DNA of 63,402 nucleotides, the filler included, from an uncultured Methanosarcinales archaeon (GTDB lineage Archaea; Nanobdellota; Nanobdellia; Woesearchaeales; CAZPJY01): NCBI GenBank assembly GCA_964587045.1. It is 3 parts of 3 records of this genome, joined end to end, with 100 filler letters (N's around TTAATTAATTAA, not from the genome) between each part and the next. Parts side by side here need not be neighbours in the genome. Positions count along the whole stretch, not along the records: positions 1 to 24,306 come from CAZPJY010000027.1; 2 more parts are not named here. One strand, given 5' to 3'. Positions 9,161-18,800 of the stretch are shown here, one piece after another. The position numbers were made by a program, and so were the translations under genes. Position 1 is the first letter of the stretch. Each line of letters opens with the position of its first letter. A model generated the notes under the pieces. It was not told where the DNA came from. It ran no database searches and was given only the letters and a program-made list of their open reading frames with translations.

Positions 9161-10747
9161 ATGGTTACAAGGAGAAGGAGATCCGCCAAAAAAAGCGCAA
9201 GAGAAGAGAAGCTGGAAGACATGGTCACAATCAAGCTCCAAGAGCAGAAGATCGCCGATCTGATCGAGAAGAACAGGCGGCTGAGCGAGAGAGACGATGA
9301 GATTTCCCAGCTGTATGAAGAACTCTGCGAGGACTACAGCGACTTGGAGTCAAGGGCGGCGGATGTCATACAGAAGAACCAGGAGCTTGCCCACCAGCTA
9401 GGCAACATGAGCACAGTGATGGAAGAGGTGGCAGGCGGGAAGGCCGCGCTCGTGAGATCGCCTGAAGGCATATCCTTCGTCAGGAGCGACCAGCTCTCGG
9501 CACCGAGGAACCTCAAGGCCAAGGATTTGCGGCAGTCCGTGATAGGACTTGAGGATAATCTGAAGAGGAGGATCGTGGGTCAGGATGAGGCCATCCACGA
9601 ACTGGTGCACCACATAAGGATGATGGTCACAAGGGAGACCATTGACAGGCCCAAGGTGCTCAAGTTCCATGGACCCCGCGGCGTCGGGATATCCTACACT
9701 GCCGAGAGCCTGAACAGGCTGCTGTTCGATGGAATCGAGCAGGAGGAGATACCGATACTCAAGCTGGACTGCTCGGATTATATGGACCGCTACGACTACA
9801 ACTCAGCAAGCACGCTCCAGAACGCGCTCGAAGACGACGTAAGGACCATCAGCTCCTACCAAGAGAGGTATCCGGGATTCGGCATCATTATGCTCGACCA
9901 GTACATGTACGCAAACGCCAGGCTCAAGAACTTCCTGAGGACGCTTTTCGAGATGGGCGAGACTTTCAAGGGAAGCGAGCATTACAATTACAGCCAGAAG
10001 CTCTTCATCCTCCTAGACAGGAGCAAGGAGAGCAGGGAGGGTATTGGTTTCCACCCAGAAAAGGACAAGCAAGAAAATCCCTCAGTCCTCGGACACCTGT
10101 CATCTACGATAAGGTTCAGATTGCTCGGCAAGGACGACGCGCGAAGCATCTTCGAGCTCGAGGTCTCGAAAGTGGTGCGGGACTTCGGGGTCAACGTCGA
10201 CTTCACAAAAAACGCAAAAGACAGGATCATAAGCAAGGGCTTCTCTGAGCAGTACGGCGTGCACGGGCTCCAGCCAGCAATCGAGAAGGCCTTCGATCCT
10301 GTGGCAGAGAAGGTCCTGAACAAGAAGTTTTCCATTGACGACATGGTGGTCATAGGAGTCAAGAACGGCTCCTATTCCTACGAGTACGGGAAGGCGCCGC
10401 CCCAGAGGATCTACCCTACAGAGATTAGCTCGCCCATCAACTTCATGAGGCTCCTGGACAGGAACAAGGAGCCTGTCGGCTTCAGGTGCATAGCGAGCAA
10501 TGAGGATGACAGGATCCTGGTCTCGTACACCTTCAGGAAGGACAAGGAAGCGGTCCTGACCTACAGGAAGGGTGCCGACACCTACCAGATACAGGACAAG
10601 GACGGGAAGCCCGGAACCGTGGTCCTGAATGACAAGATTCTGAAAGACGAGGTACTTGAGCGTTTCGAGCCTGGAGCAGAGTACCTGCTAGCCACCTTCC
10701 GGGAGAAGTTCGGCATCACTCAGAGGCTCAAGGAGCTGGGCCGATAA
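9161..10747 (+). CDS. Coiled-coil plus degenerate ClpA/B/C second AAA+ domain protein
   Basis: LEDNLKRRIVGQDEAI, GPRGVGIS, IIMLDQ, GFSEQYGVHGL align to Clp NBD2 with substituted catalytic residues. Confidence 0.75.
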   Translation: MVTRRRRSAKKSAREEKLEDMVTIKLQEQKIADLIEKNRRLSERDDEISQLYEELCEDYSDLESRAADVIQKNQELAHQLGNMSTVMEEVAGGKAALVRSPEGISFVRSDQLSAPRNLKAKDLRQSVIGLEDNLKRRIVGQDEAIHELVHHIRMMVTRETIDRPKVLKFHGPRGVGISYTAESLNRLLFDGIEQEEIPILKLDCSDYMDRYDYNSASTLQNALEDDVRTISSYQERYPGFGIIMLDQYMYANARLKNFLRTLFEMGETFKGSEHYNYSQKLFILLDRSKESREGIGFHPEKDKQENPSVLGHLSSTIRFRLLGKDDARSIFELEVSKVVRDFGVNVDFTKNAKDRIISKGFSEQYGVHGLQPAIEKAFDPVAEKVLNKKFSIDDMVVIGVKNGSYSYEYGKAPPQRIYPTEISSPINFMRLLDRNKEPVGFRCIASNEDDRILVSYTFRKDKEAVLTYRKGADTYQIQDKDGKPGTVVLNDKILKDEVLERFEPGAEYLLATFREKFGITQRLKELGR

Positions 10748-10786
10748 TCATAACCTTTAAATAAGGCTCCTACGACCCTTCTGCAC

Positions 10787-12220
10787 ATGAACGAGCTAGG
10801 GCTGACTGTCAAGAAGAAGGATGACATGGTGGAGTGGTATTCCCAGATCGTCCTTAAGAGCGAGCTTGCGGACCTCGCGCCAGTCAGGGGATGCATGGTC
10901 ATCAGGCCTGACGGCTACGAGCTTTGGCAGGCCATCACAGACTACTTCAACGGCCGCCTCAAGGCGATGGGCATAAGGAACGCCTACTTCCCAATCTTCA
11001 TACCTGAGTCGTTCTTTCGGAGGGAGTCCAAGCACGTGGAGGGATTCGAGCCCGAGGTGGCTTGGGTCGCCAACAAGGACGAGGAGAAGGGCGAACGGCT
11101 GGCGCTGAGGCCGACCTCTGAGACCATCATGTACGATTCCTATTCGCGGTGGATCAGGTCTTGGAGGGACCTGCCCCTGCGGATCAACCAGTGGTGCAAC
11201 ATAATCCGCTGGGAGGTGAAGGATGTAAAGCTATTCCTGAGGAGCAGGGAGTTCCTCTGGCAGGAGGGACACTGCGTCTACGAAACAGAGGAGGAGTGCG
11301 ACAGGGAGACCATTATGATAATAAAAGAGTACCAGCGCCTCTCCGAAGAAATTCTGGCCATCCCGGTTCTCATGGGCACCAAGACAGAGAAGGAGAAGTT
11401 CGCCGGAGCCAAGTACACCACGACCATCGAAGGATTCATGCCAGACGGCAAGGCCCTTCAGATGGGGACAAGCCACAACCTTGGGCAGTCGTTTGCCAAG
11501 GCATTCGGAATAGAATACATCGGAAAGGATGAGAAGAAGCACACCCCGTGGCAGAACAGCTGGGGCTTCTCCACCCGCCTTCTCGGCGCGGTGGTCATGG
11601 TACACGGGGACGACAAGGGCCTCGTTCTGCCTCCCAGGCTCGCCCCGCACAAGCTCGTGATAATCCCGATACTCACCAAGAAGGACAGGGATGCGGTCGT
11701 GAAGGCAGCCCAGAAGCTGGGAGCGGACCTGTCCCAGTTCAACCCGCTATTCGACGAAAGGGAGGAGTACAGCCCAGGGTGGAAGTTCAACCATTGGGAG
11801 CTCAAAGGGATACCGCTCAGGCTAGAGCTGGGCCCAAAGGACCTCGCCGCAAAGCAGGTTGTCTTAGTCCGCAGGGACACCGGCGAGAAACTGGCTGTGA
11901 AGCTTTCTGAAGTGAAGAAGTCCATAAAAAAGCTGCTGGAATCGATGCACGCCGACATGCTCGCCAAGGCCCGCAAGACAATGGAGGACAGCACTTTCGA
12001 GACAGCAGACTGGGACGCGTTCATGGACCTCATCCAGTCGCGCAAGCTGGTGAAGACCTACTTCTGCGGGGAGAGCGAATGCGAGGACTGGATCAAGGAC
12101 AAGACAGGAGGTGCGACCAGCAGGTGCACGCCGCTCGGGTCGAAGCCTCCCAAGTCCAAGAAATGCGTCCATTGCGGAAAGGATGCCAAGGTCGAGATAT
12201 ACTTCTCTAAGAACTACTAG
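10787..12220 (+). CDS. proS: Proline--tRNA ligase, archaeal/eukaryotic type
   Basis: LRPTSET, FLRSREFLWQEGH, QMGTSHNLGQ, HGDDKGLVLPP, C-terminal Zn-binding CxxC and FSKNY end. Confidence 0.98.
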   Translation: MNELGLTVKKKDDMVEWYSQIVLKSELADLAPVRGCMVIRPDGYELWQAITDYFNGRLKAMGIRNAYFPIFIPESFFRRESKHVEGFEPEVAWVANKDEEKGERLALRPTSETIMYDSYSRWIRSWRDLPLRINQWCNIIRWEVKDVKLFLRSREFLWQEGHCVYETEEECDRETIMIIKEYQRLSEEILAIPVLMGTKTEKEKFAGAKYTTTIEGFMPDGKALQMGTSHNLGQSFAKAFGIEYIGKDEKKHTPWQNSWGFSTRLLGAVVMVHGDDKGLVLPPRLAPHKLVIIPILTKKDRDAVVKAAQKLGADLSQFNPLFDEREEYSPGWKFNHWELKGIPLRLELGPKDLAAKQVVLVRRDTGEKLAVKLSEVKKSIKKLLESMHADMLAKARKTMEDSTFETADWDAFMDLIQSRKLVKTYFCGESECEDWIKDKTGGATSRCTPLGSKPPKSKKCVHCGKDAKVEIYFSKNY

Positions 12221-12267
12221 CGCCTCGTGAGAAAATTTTATATAGGCATTAAGCTAAATGGTTAAAC

Positions 12268-12636
12268 ATGAATTTCTGCCCTAACTGCGGAACGAGGCTC
12301 CAGCAGGGCTGGAAGGCATGCCCCAAGTGCGGAACGAACCTGATCATGTTCTACAGGGCCCACCACGCGCAGAAGCTGCAGGCAGCCAAGGCCAAGCTTG
12401 AGAGAGCCAAGAAGCTCGAAGAGCTGAAAGACCAAAAGGAGATTGCCGATCTGGAAAAGGAGATCTCCAAGCAGAGGGCCATCGCCCATGCGATAAGCTC
12501 GACTGTGCAAAGCGATCTGGCGCCTCACGAGACCGAGCTGGTCGACCGCAGCAAGCTGAAAAAAATAGCCAAGGTCATAGGGTGGGTAATCGTGCTCGGC
12601 TTTATCGCATACGCTCTGAATGGCCTGTTTGGCTGA
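12268..12636 (+). CDS. Zinc-ribbon protein with C-terminal TM
   Basis: FCPNCG...CPKCG, coiled coil, hydrophobic tail. Confidence 0.8.
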   Translation: MNFCPNCGTRLQQGWKACPKCGTNLIMFYRAHHAQKLQAAKAKLERAKKLEELKDQKEIADLEKEISKQRAIAHAISSTVQSDLAPHETELVDRSKLKKIAKVIGWVIVLGFIAYALNGLFG

Positions 12637-13333
12637 CCCTTCCTTCCTTTACGATCTTCTCGAGCCTGCTCCTCTCCTGAGCTCTTGAGCGGAAGTACGT
12701 CTCCTCCTGCCCGTTCATGCGAACGACGTTCATCTTGCGCATCCTCTCAAGCCTGCCGTCGCGCTCGAAGGCGTCGTACACCTCTGGGAACAGGTAGAGA
12801 GCGTCCTTTTGCAGGTCGACGGGCTTGGGAAGCGCTGCCTTGCCCAGCGTGCCCTGGTAATACAGGAACAGGTCGGGCGCTCTGGTGTCGCCGTCAGGGC
12901 CGCTGTGGTGGAAAGTCGAAGATATCGCGTAGTAGAGGTCATCGTCGATGATCAGCTCGGCGTCAGCCTGGTACCTGCCCTCAGGAACGAAAGGGTAGAG
13001 CCAGTTGTAGTCGTTTGAATGATACGTGTTGTCGTCCCATGTGTACTGGAAGCCCAGGTACTCTCCAGGCTCGAAGCCGTACATGTAGTCCCTGATGATA
13101 AGGCCTGTCAGTATGTAGCTGTCGTCGAATTCGTCGTAGAGCATCGAGTTGAAGGACGGCCACGTGCCGTCAGGCTCCCACTCGACCCATCCGTATACGT
13201 CGCGGTTCTCGACCGGGACCGGGACCTCGACTTCCACTATCTTTTCCTCGTACCTGGTCGGACTGTCGCAGGAGTACAACGCAAGGGATGCTCCGAGGAG
13301 CCCTGCGGCTAGTCCCTTCAATATTCTTTTCAT
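12602..13333 (-). CDS. Hypothetical lipoprotein
   Basis: Signal peptide ending LALYSC; AGGTGA SD; host-like codon usage. Confidence 0.7.
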   Translation of the reverse strand: MKRILKGLAAGLLGASLALYSCDSPTRYEEKIVEVEVPVPVENRDVYGWVEWEPDGTWPSFNSMLYDEFDDSYILTGLIIRDYMYGFEPGEYLGFQYTWDDNTYHSNDYNWLYPFVPEGRYQADAELIIDDDLYYAISSTFHHSGPDGDTRAPDLFLYYQGTLGKAALPKPVDLQKDALYLFPEVYDAFERDGRLERMRKMNVVRMNGQEETYFRSRAQERSRLEKIVKEGRVSQTGHSERMR

Positions 13334-13345
13334 GATATCACCTTT

Positions 13346-13618
13346 CTAGTCGCACCAGCACCCGCACTGGCGCTTGTTTGGGTGGTGGAAGGTGTACTTT
13401 TGGCCTTGGGCCTCGCAGAAATCATTGCATGCATTGAAGCAGCACGTGTTCCAGTCGTCATCGATCTCCACCACACAGTCTTTGACAGTCAGGACCTCCA
13501 CGGTCTTGCTGACCTCCTGGACAGCCATGCCTGTGTGGGAGAACGTTGAGCCCACCCACGCGGCCACGCCAACTATCGCACCGAGCACGACAATCCAGAG
13601 TATGAATGTCTTATCCAT
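13346..13618 (-). CDS. Small membrane-anchored 8-Cys protein
   Basis: N-terminal TM, TGMAV, C-terminal C..CCxxxCxxxC...CxCxC. Confidence 0.75.
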   Translation of the reverse strand: MDKTFILWIVVLGAIVGVAAWVGSTFSHTGMAVQEVSKTVEVLTVKDCVVEIDDDWNTCCFNACNDFCEAQGQKYTFHHPNKRQCGCWCD

Positions 13619-13646
13619 CCGCCACCTATTAGTTGTTTATCACAGT

Positions 13647-13660
13647 CAATACTAGTATTG
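13647..13660. promoter_or_regulatory. Perfect 14-bp palindrome CAATACTAGTATTG in a divergent promoter region
   Basis: Self-complementary; lies between the TATA-like box (about 13664-13671) and the start of the 13618 gene. Confidence 0.45.
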
Positions 13661-13720
13661 CTATTATAAAAGGGTTTCGACGTGCAAACCTTTAAAAATA
13701 AAGGGGGAAGAGGTGACTCA

Positions 13721-14152
13721 ATGGCCAAGACAATAAAAGACATAATAGAGGAAAATGTGACGAACGGGAATGGCTATGAGACCAACGGGGAGCTGCTGCA
13801 GCTCAGGTACTTCTACCAGCTGCTCGAGAGGGTGGCTCAGTCCCTTCAAAACAGGTATGAGATGAAGGTCGGCCTCGTAAGGGCAGAGACTAAACTGGTA
13901 GCTGAGATTGCGATCTCAAGGGTCAAGGACAAGGCCAATGATTACCTCAACAGGATTAACGCGGAGAGGAAGACAGAAGCCGCGTTGATATTGCTATCAA
14001 TATATGCCAGGCACAACGAGCGGGTACAGGTGCACAACCCTTACGACCGCGACGCTGAGAAATTGAGGACCCTACAGGCTCTGGCTGACTGCGTAAAGGA
14101 AGACCCTCATTTCAAAGTGGAGGACTGCATCCACAAGCCGTGGTTCGTGTAG
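13721..14152 (+). CDS. Hypothetical protein
   Basis: TATA-like TTTAAA and AGGTGA SD before ATG 13721. Confidence 0.7.
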   Translation: MAKTIKDIIEENVTNGNGYETNGELLQLRYFYQLLERVAQSLQNRYEMKVGLVRAETKLVAEIAISRVKDKANDYLNRINAERKTEAALILLSIYARHNERVQVHNPYDRDAEKLRTLQALADCVKEDPHFKVEDCIHKPWFV

Positions 14153-14194
14153 CAAGTTTTAAATACCCTCATTCTAATAAAATCTCCAAAAGAG

Positions 14195-15826
14195 GTGGTG
14201 GCCCTGAAGTACGGCCAGCTTACTAAATACGTCAAAAAAGAGCTCGACCGCGGATTCTCCCTCGACAGGATAAAAGAGAAGCTCATACTCGCAGGCTACG
14301 ACGACGAGGCCATCGACCACGTCATCCACAAGGTCGCTGACGAAAAGGAGGACGTCGTAAAGGAGTACTACTTCCACACCTACGTCTTCGAGTACCTAAA
14401 GAAGCTATCCTTGGGGATCGAGGAGATAATAATCTTCCTCATCATCGCACTGAACGTGCTTGATATCACGGGCAACCTCTTCGGCGAGCTCGACTTCCTA
14501 AAAAAGGTCATCTCGTGGACAGCGATAGGCTACGTGTTCGGCCGCCTCCAGATATCCAGGGTGCTGTTCGGCCACAGGAACAAGACGCGCGACCGCCTGA
14601 TCCTCGCCACCTTCTTTTTGCTGGTGATAAAGGGATTCGTCCACTACTTCGCTGCAGACGAGACGCAGGCGCTGTCCAGCATCTTCACCATCATCTCAAT
14701 CTACTCAGCCCAGATACAGTTCTATTCCTTTACCCTCGGCACCCTCCTGCTCATAGTAACCTCAGTAGTCATCGGGCTGAGGAGCCACTTCGCAGAGCCT
14801 AGCATCCTTGCCATGCTTATAGGCACCGGAGACCCGCCTGACAGCCTTGGAAAGAAGCTGCTGCGGGTGTTCCTCGTGCTGTTCGTGCTCACGAGCTTCT
14901 ACCTGTTCATCTTCGATCCCATCATGGAATGGCTCTCGATAGCGGTAGACGCGCCGCTGCTCATGATCGCCCTGTTCTACTACCTGCTCATGTACAAGAA
15001 GCACCACGAGACTTCCATCATCCACAGGGCGGGCGACGCGGGCGACAGGTTCATCCAGCAGTTCATCAACCTCTTCCTGTCCAAGCGCACCCTCTTCCTG
15101 GGCGTGGCAGGCCTGATATGCCTGCGCGTTTTGGTAGACCTCTCCGTCTTCATCATCCCCTACATCACCGGCGTGGTCAACCCCTACTACTTCGCGGGGC
15201 TCGACCCTGCGACGCACGTGCCACTGGTCAGGATAGCCGCGCACCACGTGGGAATCACCGCGCTGCCTGACGCCATAGGGCTCGCGGCCACCTACCTGTT
15301 CACCATACTGGCCGTGGTCGGGGCATCGCTTTGGGTGCCGATGCTTTGGGCAGTGCTCAAGAACGGAAGGGCGCCCAGGATTCCCGCCTGGCTGCTCTCG
15401 ATCTTCCTCGCGTCCCTTACCAGCCTAATACTGAACCCGGCTCTCGCCTTCAAGCCGATGATCGCCGAAGGCCTGGTCGGGGTGGACATCACCACCTTCC
15501 CGGCGCCTTACATAGGAACGGCCTTTGCTGCTGCCCTTTTCGTCTTCATCGCATCGCTGCTCGCCCACCACATGAGGCGCCTGCTGATAGGCCTGGCGAC
15601 GGCCGCATCCCTGCTGCTGTTCACAGTGTACAACCTCTACTTCCTGCAGTCCATAATGGCGTACTACTACTCCCTTCTCGAGATGCTTGCTGGGACGTGG
15701 TACTACCACCTGATGTTCGCAATCGTCCTGTTCATGGTGACGACTGCGCTCTTCTACCTGTTCGGCTACGTCACATTCCTCGTAGAAACAGTCAGGAGCG
15801 TCAGGATGCTTTCTGAGCCTGCTTGA
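14195..15826 (+). CDS. Polytopic membrane protein with a small N-terminal helical domain
   Basis: More than 10 hydrophobic segments; N-terminal KYVKKELDRGFSLDRIKEKLILAGY. Confidence 0.8.
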   Translation: MVALKYGQLTKYVKKELDRGFSLDRIKEKLILAGYDDEAIDHVIHKVADEKEDVVKEYYFHTYVFEYLKKLSLGIEEIIIFLIIALNVLDITGNLFGELDFLKKVISWTAIGYVFGRLQISRVLFGHRNKTRDRLILATFFLLVIKGFVHYFAADETQALSSIFTIISIYSAQIQFYSFTLGTLLLIVTSVVIGLRSHFAEPSILAMLIGTGDPPDSLGKKLLRVFLVLFVLTSFYLFIFDPIMEWLSIAVDAPLLMIALFYYLLMYKKHHETSIIHRAGDAGDRFIQQFINLFLSKRTLFLGVAGLICLRVLVDLSVFIIPYITGVVNPYYFAGLDPATHVPLVRIAAHHVGITALPDAIGLAATYLFTILAVVGASLWVPMLWAVLKNGRAPRIPAWLLSIFLASLTSLILNPALAFKPMIAEGLVGVDITTFPAPYIGTAFAAALFVFIASLLAHHMRRLLIGLATAASLLLFTVYNLYFLQSIMAYYYSLLEMLAGTWYYHLMFAIVLFMVTTALFYLFGYVTFLVETVRSVRMLSEPA

Positions 15827-18800
15827 TGGCCTGGTTAACCAGGTGGGAGGGCCACCCGCTCTCCTCGAGCCGCTTCCTGATGGCCTTGTCGCCGCCGCCC
15901 ATCTCCCTGGCCTGCTCGACGTACTCGATGAGCATGCCCATGTGCTCGTCCATCTTGACTGTGTGGGGCGAGAACCGGTGAAAGAAGATGAAGAACACCG
16001 AGACAAGGGGTATTATGAGCAGCGGCCACAGGTCGAACATTGATATCCCCACAGTCTGGCTGGTTATGGTCCCTGCGACCGCGACGGTCGACGCGCCCCT
16101 CACCTTGCTCGATGAGACGTCTCCCTTCACCGAGTAGGTTATCTCGATCTCCTGGTCGACTTTTGCAAACGACCAGACGATAAGCGGGTCGCTCTCGATG
16201 ACCGTGAAGGGGTGGTTGCTCTCGATCTCAGATGCTGAGTACGCAACGTCTTTTGGGATGTCCTCGTAGACAGAGAAGTTGTACAGAACGACCTCAGGAT
16301 CGATCCTGATCCTGATCTCGGTCTCGTTCTTCTTCTTGACCTGCTTGACGCTCTTTGATATGCTTGCGCGCTTCTGGGTGGCCTGGGCCCTGGCCTCGAC
16401 GCGCGAAACCTCATTTGCCACGTCCTCAGACCCGGCCTGCGGCTGCGTCCGGGCGATATCCTTTTCGATGGCCCGCCTGACAGCCTCGAAGTCGGCAGTC
16501 ACCGGCACCTCCTCCTCGCTCCTGATGCTCTGGACCACCGAGTCGAGGACCTTGACAGTTCCTGCCAACAGCTCAATCTTGGGCTTGTAGACGAAGAATA
16601 TGTCCTGCTTGATGAACTCCTGCGAGTATGGGTCCTTGCACATGACCTCGAGGAAGTTCTCGCCCTTTACAGGATTGAGGGGAAGCCCAGTGACCAGGTC
16701 AGCCTCCTGCCCCTCGTTTAGCCTGAACCTGCACAGCCCGAAAGACCTGGCCTTCAGGATCACGTCAGAAGAGTAGGTGGTGCCGTTCTCCGGTGACAGC
16801 ACCTCCAAGGTGAGATTGTTCGAGACTATCCTGAAGGTGCGCCTCACCTCGTACCTCACCACGTCGTTGACCGTGTCGTACAGCGTGACCTTGACCTGCT
16901 GCTCGCCGTCCCTGTCGAACCTCACGGTCTGGCCGGGGTTTATAGTCCTCTCAGCGTCAGCGGTCTCTATGCGCATCACGATCGCGTCGCGGTCGAAGTC
17001 CACACCCGGCTTTTCGTATATGAAGTTGAACGGGACGTCCAGCGTCCTGACAGTCTCGCCTTCGGCCGGCATCACGGCGAACCTCTCTGCAACCGGCTGC
17101 TTGGGCTTTTCAACCGTGAATTCGATTACCTCGGACTTGGCAGATACCCTGCCTGTCTGGTCGTACCCGCGGAACCAGACTTGATGCCTGCCTGCGGCGA
17201 CGTACTGCGCCCTGCTCCTGCTCCTCATCTGGTAGCCTTCTTCGTCGAGCATCATGGAAAGTATCAGCCCGTCGGGCGCGCTTCCCACCTCGAAATTCAG
17301 CGTGCCTTCGGGATAGGTCCCGCCCTGCGTGGGGCTCTTCACCGCGATGAGGCCGGTCTGGATCCGGTCCTCCACAGGGTTTATCACCACAATCAGGACG
17401 TCAAAGATGTTGGTGTTCATGGTCGCCAGGTTAGTGACAGACACCTTGAAGTCGTTCTCTCCCGCGTCGCTCGCAAGAGGCGTCCATGAGAACCTGCCCA
17501 GCTCGTCGACCCTGAACCTGGGCGGGTCAACCTCGACGTTGACGCCCGTCTCGGGGACGAAAGGCAGCGTCGCAACGAGTTTTTGGCCGGCCTCAACCCT
17601 GTAAACCTGAGTCTCAGGCATGTCAGTCGTTGGCCGGACCAGAACGCGGATGGTCAGGTTGGCCATCGCGCCCTTTGAGTCAACCGCGATCACGGCCAGG
17701 GAGAACGGGTCTGAGGCGTACACTTCAGGGGTGAAGCTCCTGGTGCTCCACTTCCCCACTTGGGTGACAGAGATTTGGTCGCCGTCAGGGTCCCGCACCA
17801 CGTAGTCAAGGTCGACCTGCTGGCCGACGTAGGTCTCGTAGTAGGTGGTTCCACCGATCACCGGCTTCTGGTTGCTCACAGTACCGGTCACGTTGATGCA
17901 TCGGTCGCCGAACCACGTGCCCTCGCAGGGGCAGCCTGTGGAATCGACATACCCCCCGCCGTTGTCGTACCTGCAGCTGTCGTAAGGCTCGCACTGCTCC
18001 TGGTCGTAGTATCCGTCGCTGTCCGCATCGGTGCATGCGACGCCTTGGCTGCACTGGAGCGCGGTCTCCCGGCTCTCGACGCAGTGGTTCCGGACGCATG
18101 AGTACTCGGTGAGCACGTAGGCGCCGTCGCAGTAGTCCATGAAGCTCTGGCCGGCTGGGTCTGTGCACGTCCCCCTCACAGTTAGAGGATTCGCAGCTGT
18201 GGAATCAGTGTCTGAGCAGTCGCCGTAGACCGACTCGCAGGAGTTGTCCACGCAGTCGTAGCCCATCGCGCAGTCTGATGTCTCACGGCACTCGACGCAC
18301 ACGTTGTCCTGGCAGAATCCTATCGGGCACTGAGCGTCATAGGAGCACTGCACGCATTCGTGAAGGGTTTCATCGCAGCGGGTGTTGTAGGCGTTGGAGG
18401 AGCAGTCCGGGTCTTCGAGGCACTCGACGCACGCGCCGTTGAAGCAGGGGCAGATGGTGGTTGTGATGTAGGTCGGGCAGGCGCCTGACGTATCGCAGAC
18501 CACAACTGAGCTTTTGTCTTCGTTGCACGCGGTCGCACCTGCTGTGCAGTCGTTTCCGCAAAGGGCTTGATCCTCTGAATAGCACTCGCCCCCTGAACTG
18601 ACCGACATTTCCGGGTGCGGGCAGCAGACCGAGTCTGAGGCGAGGTATTCACCCTCATTGTCACCGCAGCAGCCCTCCTGCCCAAATGAAGTGTATGACC
18701 CAAACGGTTCATCACTACCTGAAACAGCTACAGTATTGCCGCACTCAGTGCAGTACTGGCCGTCAGAACCGCATGGTATGCAGACGTGGTTGCTCGTGCA

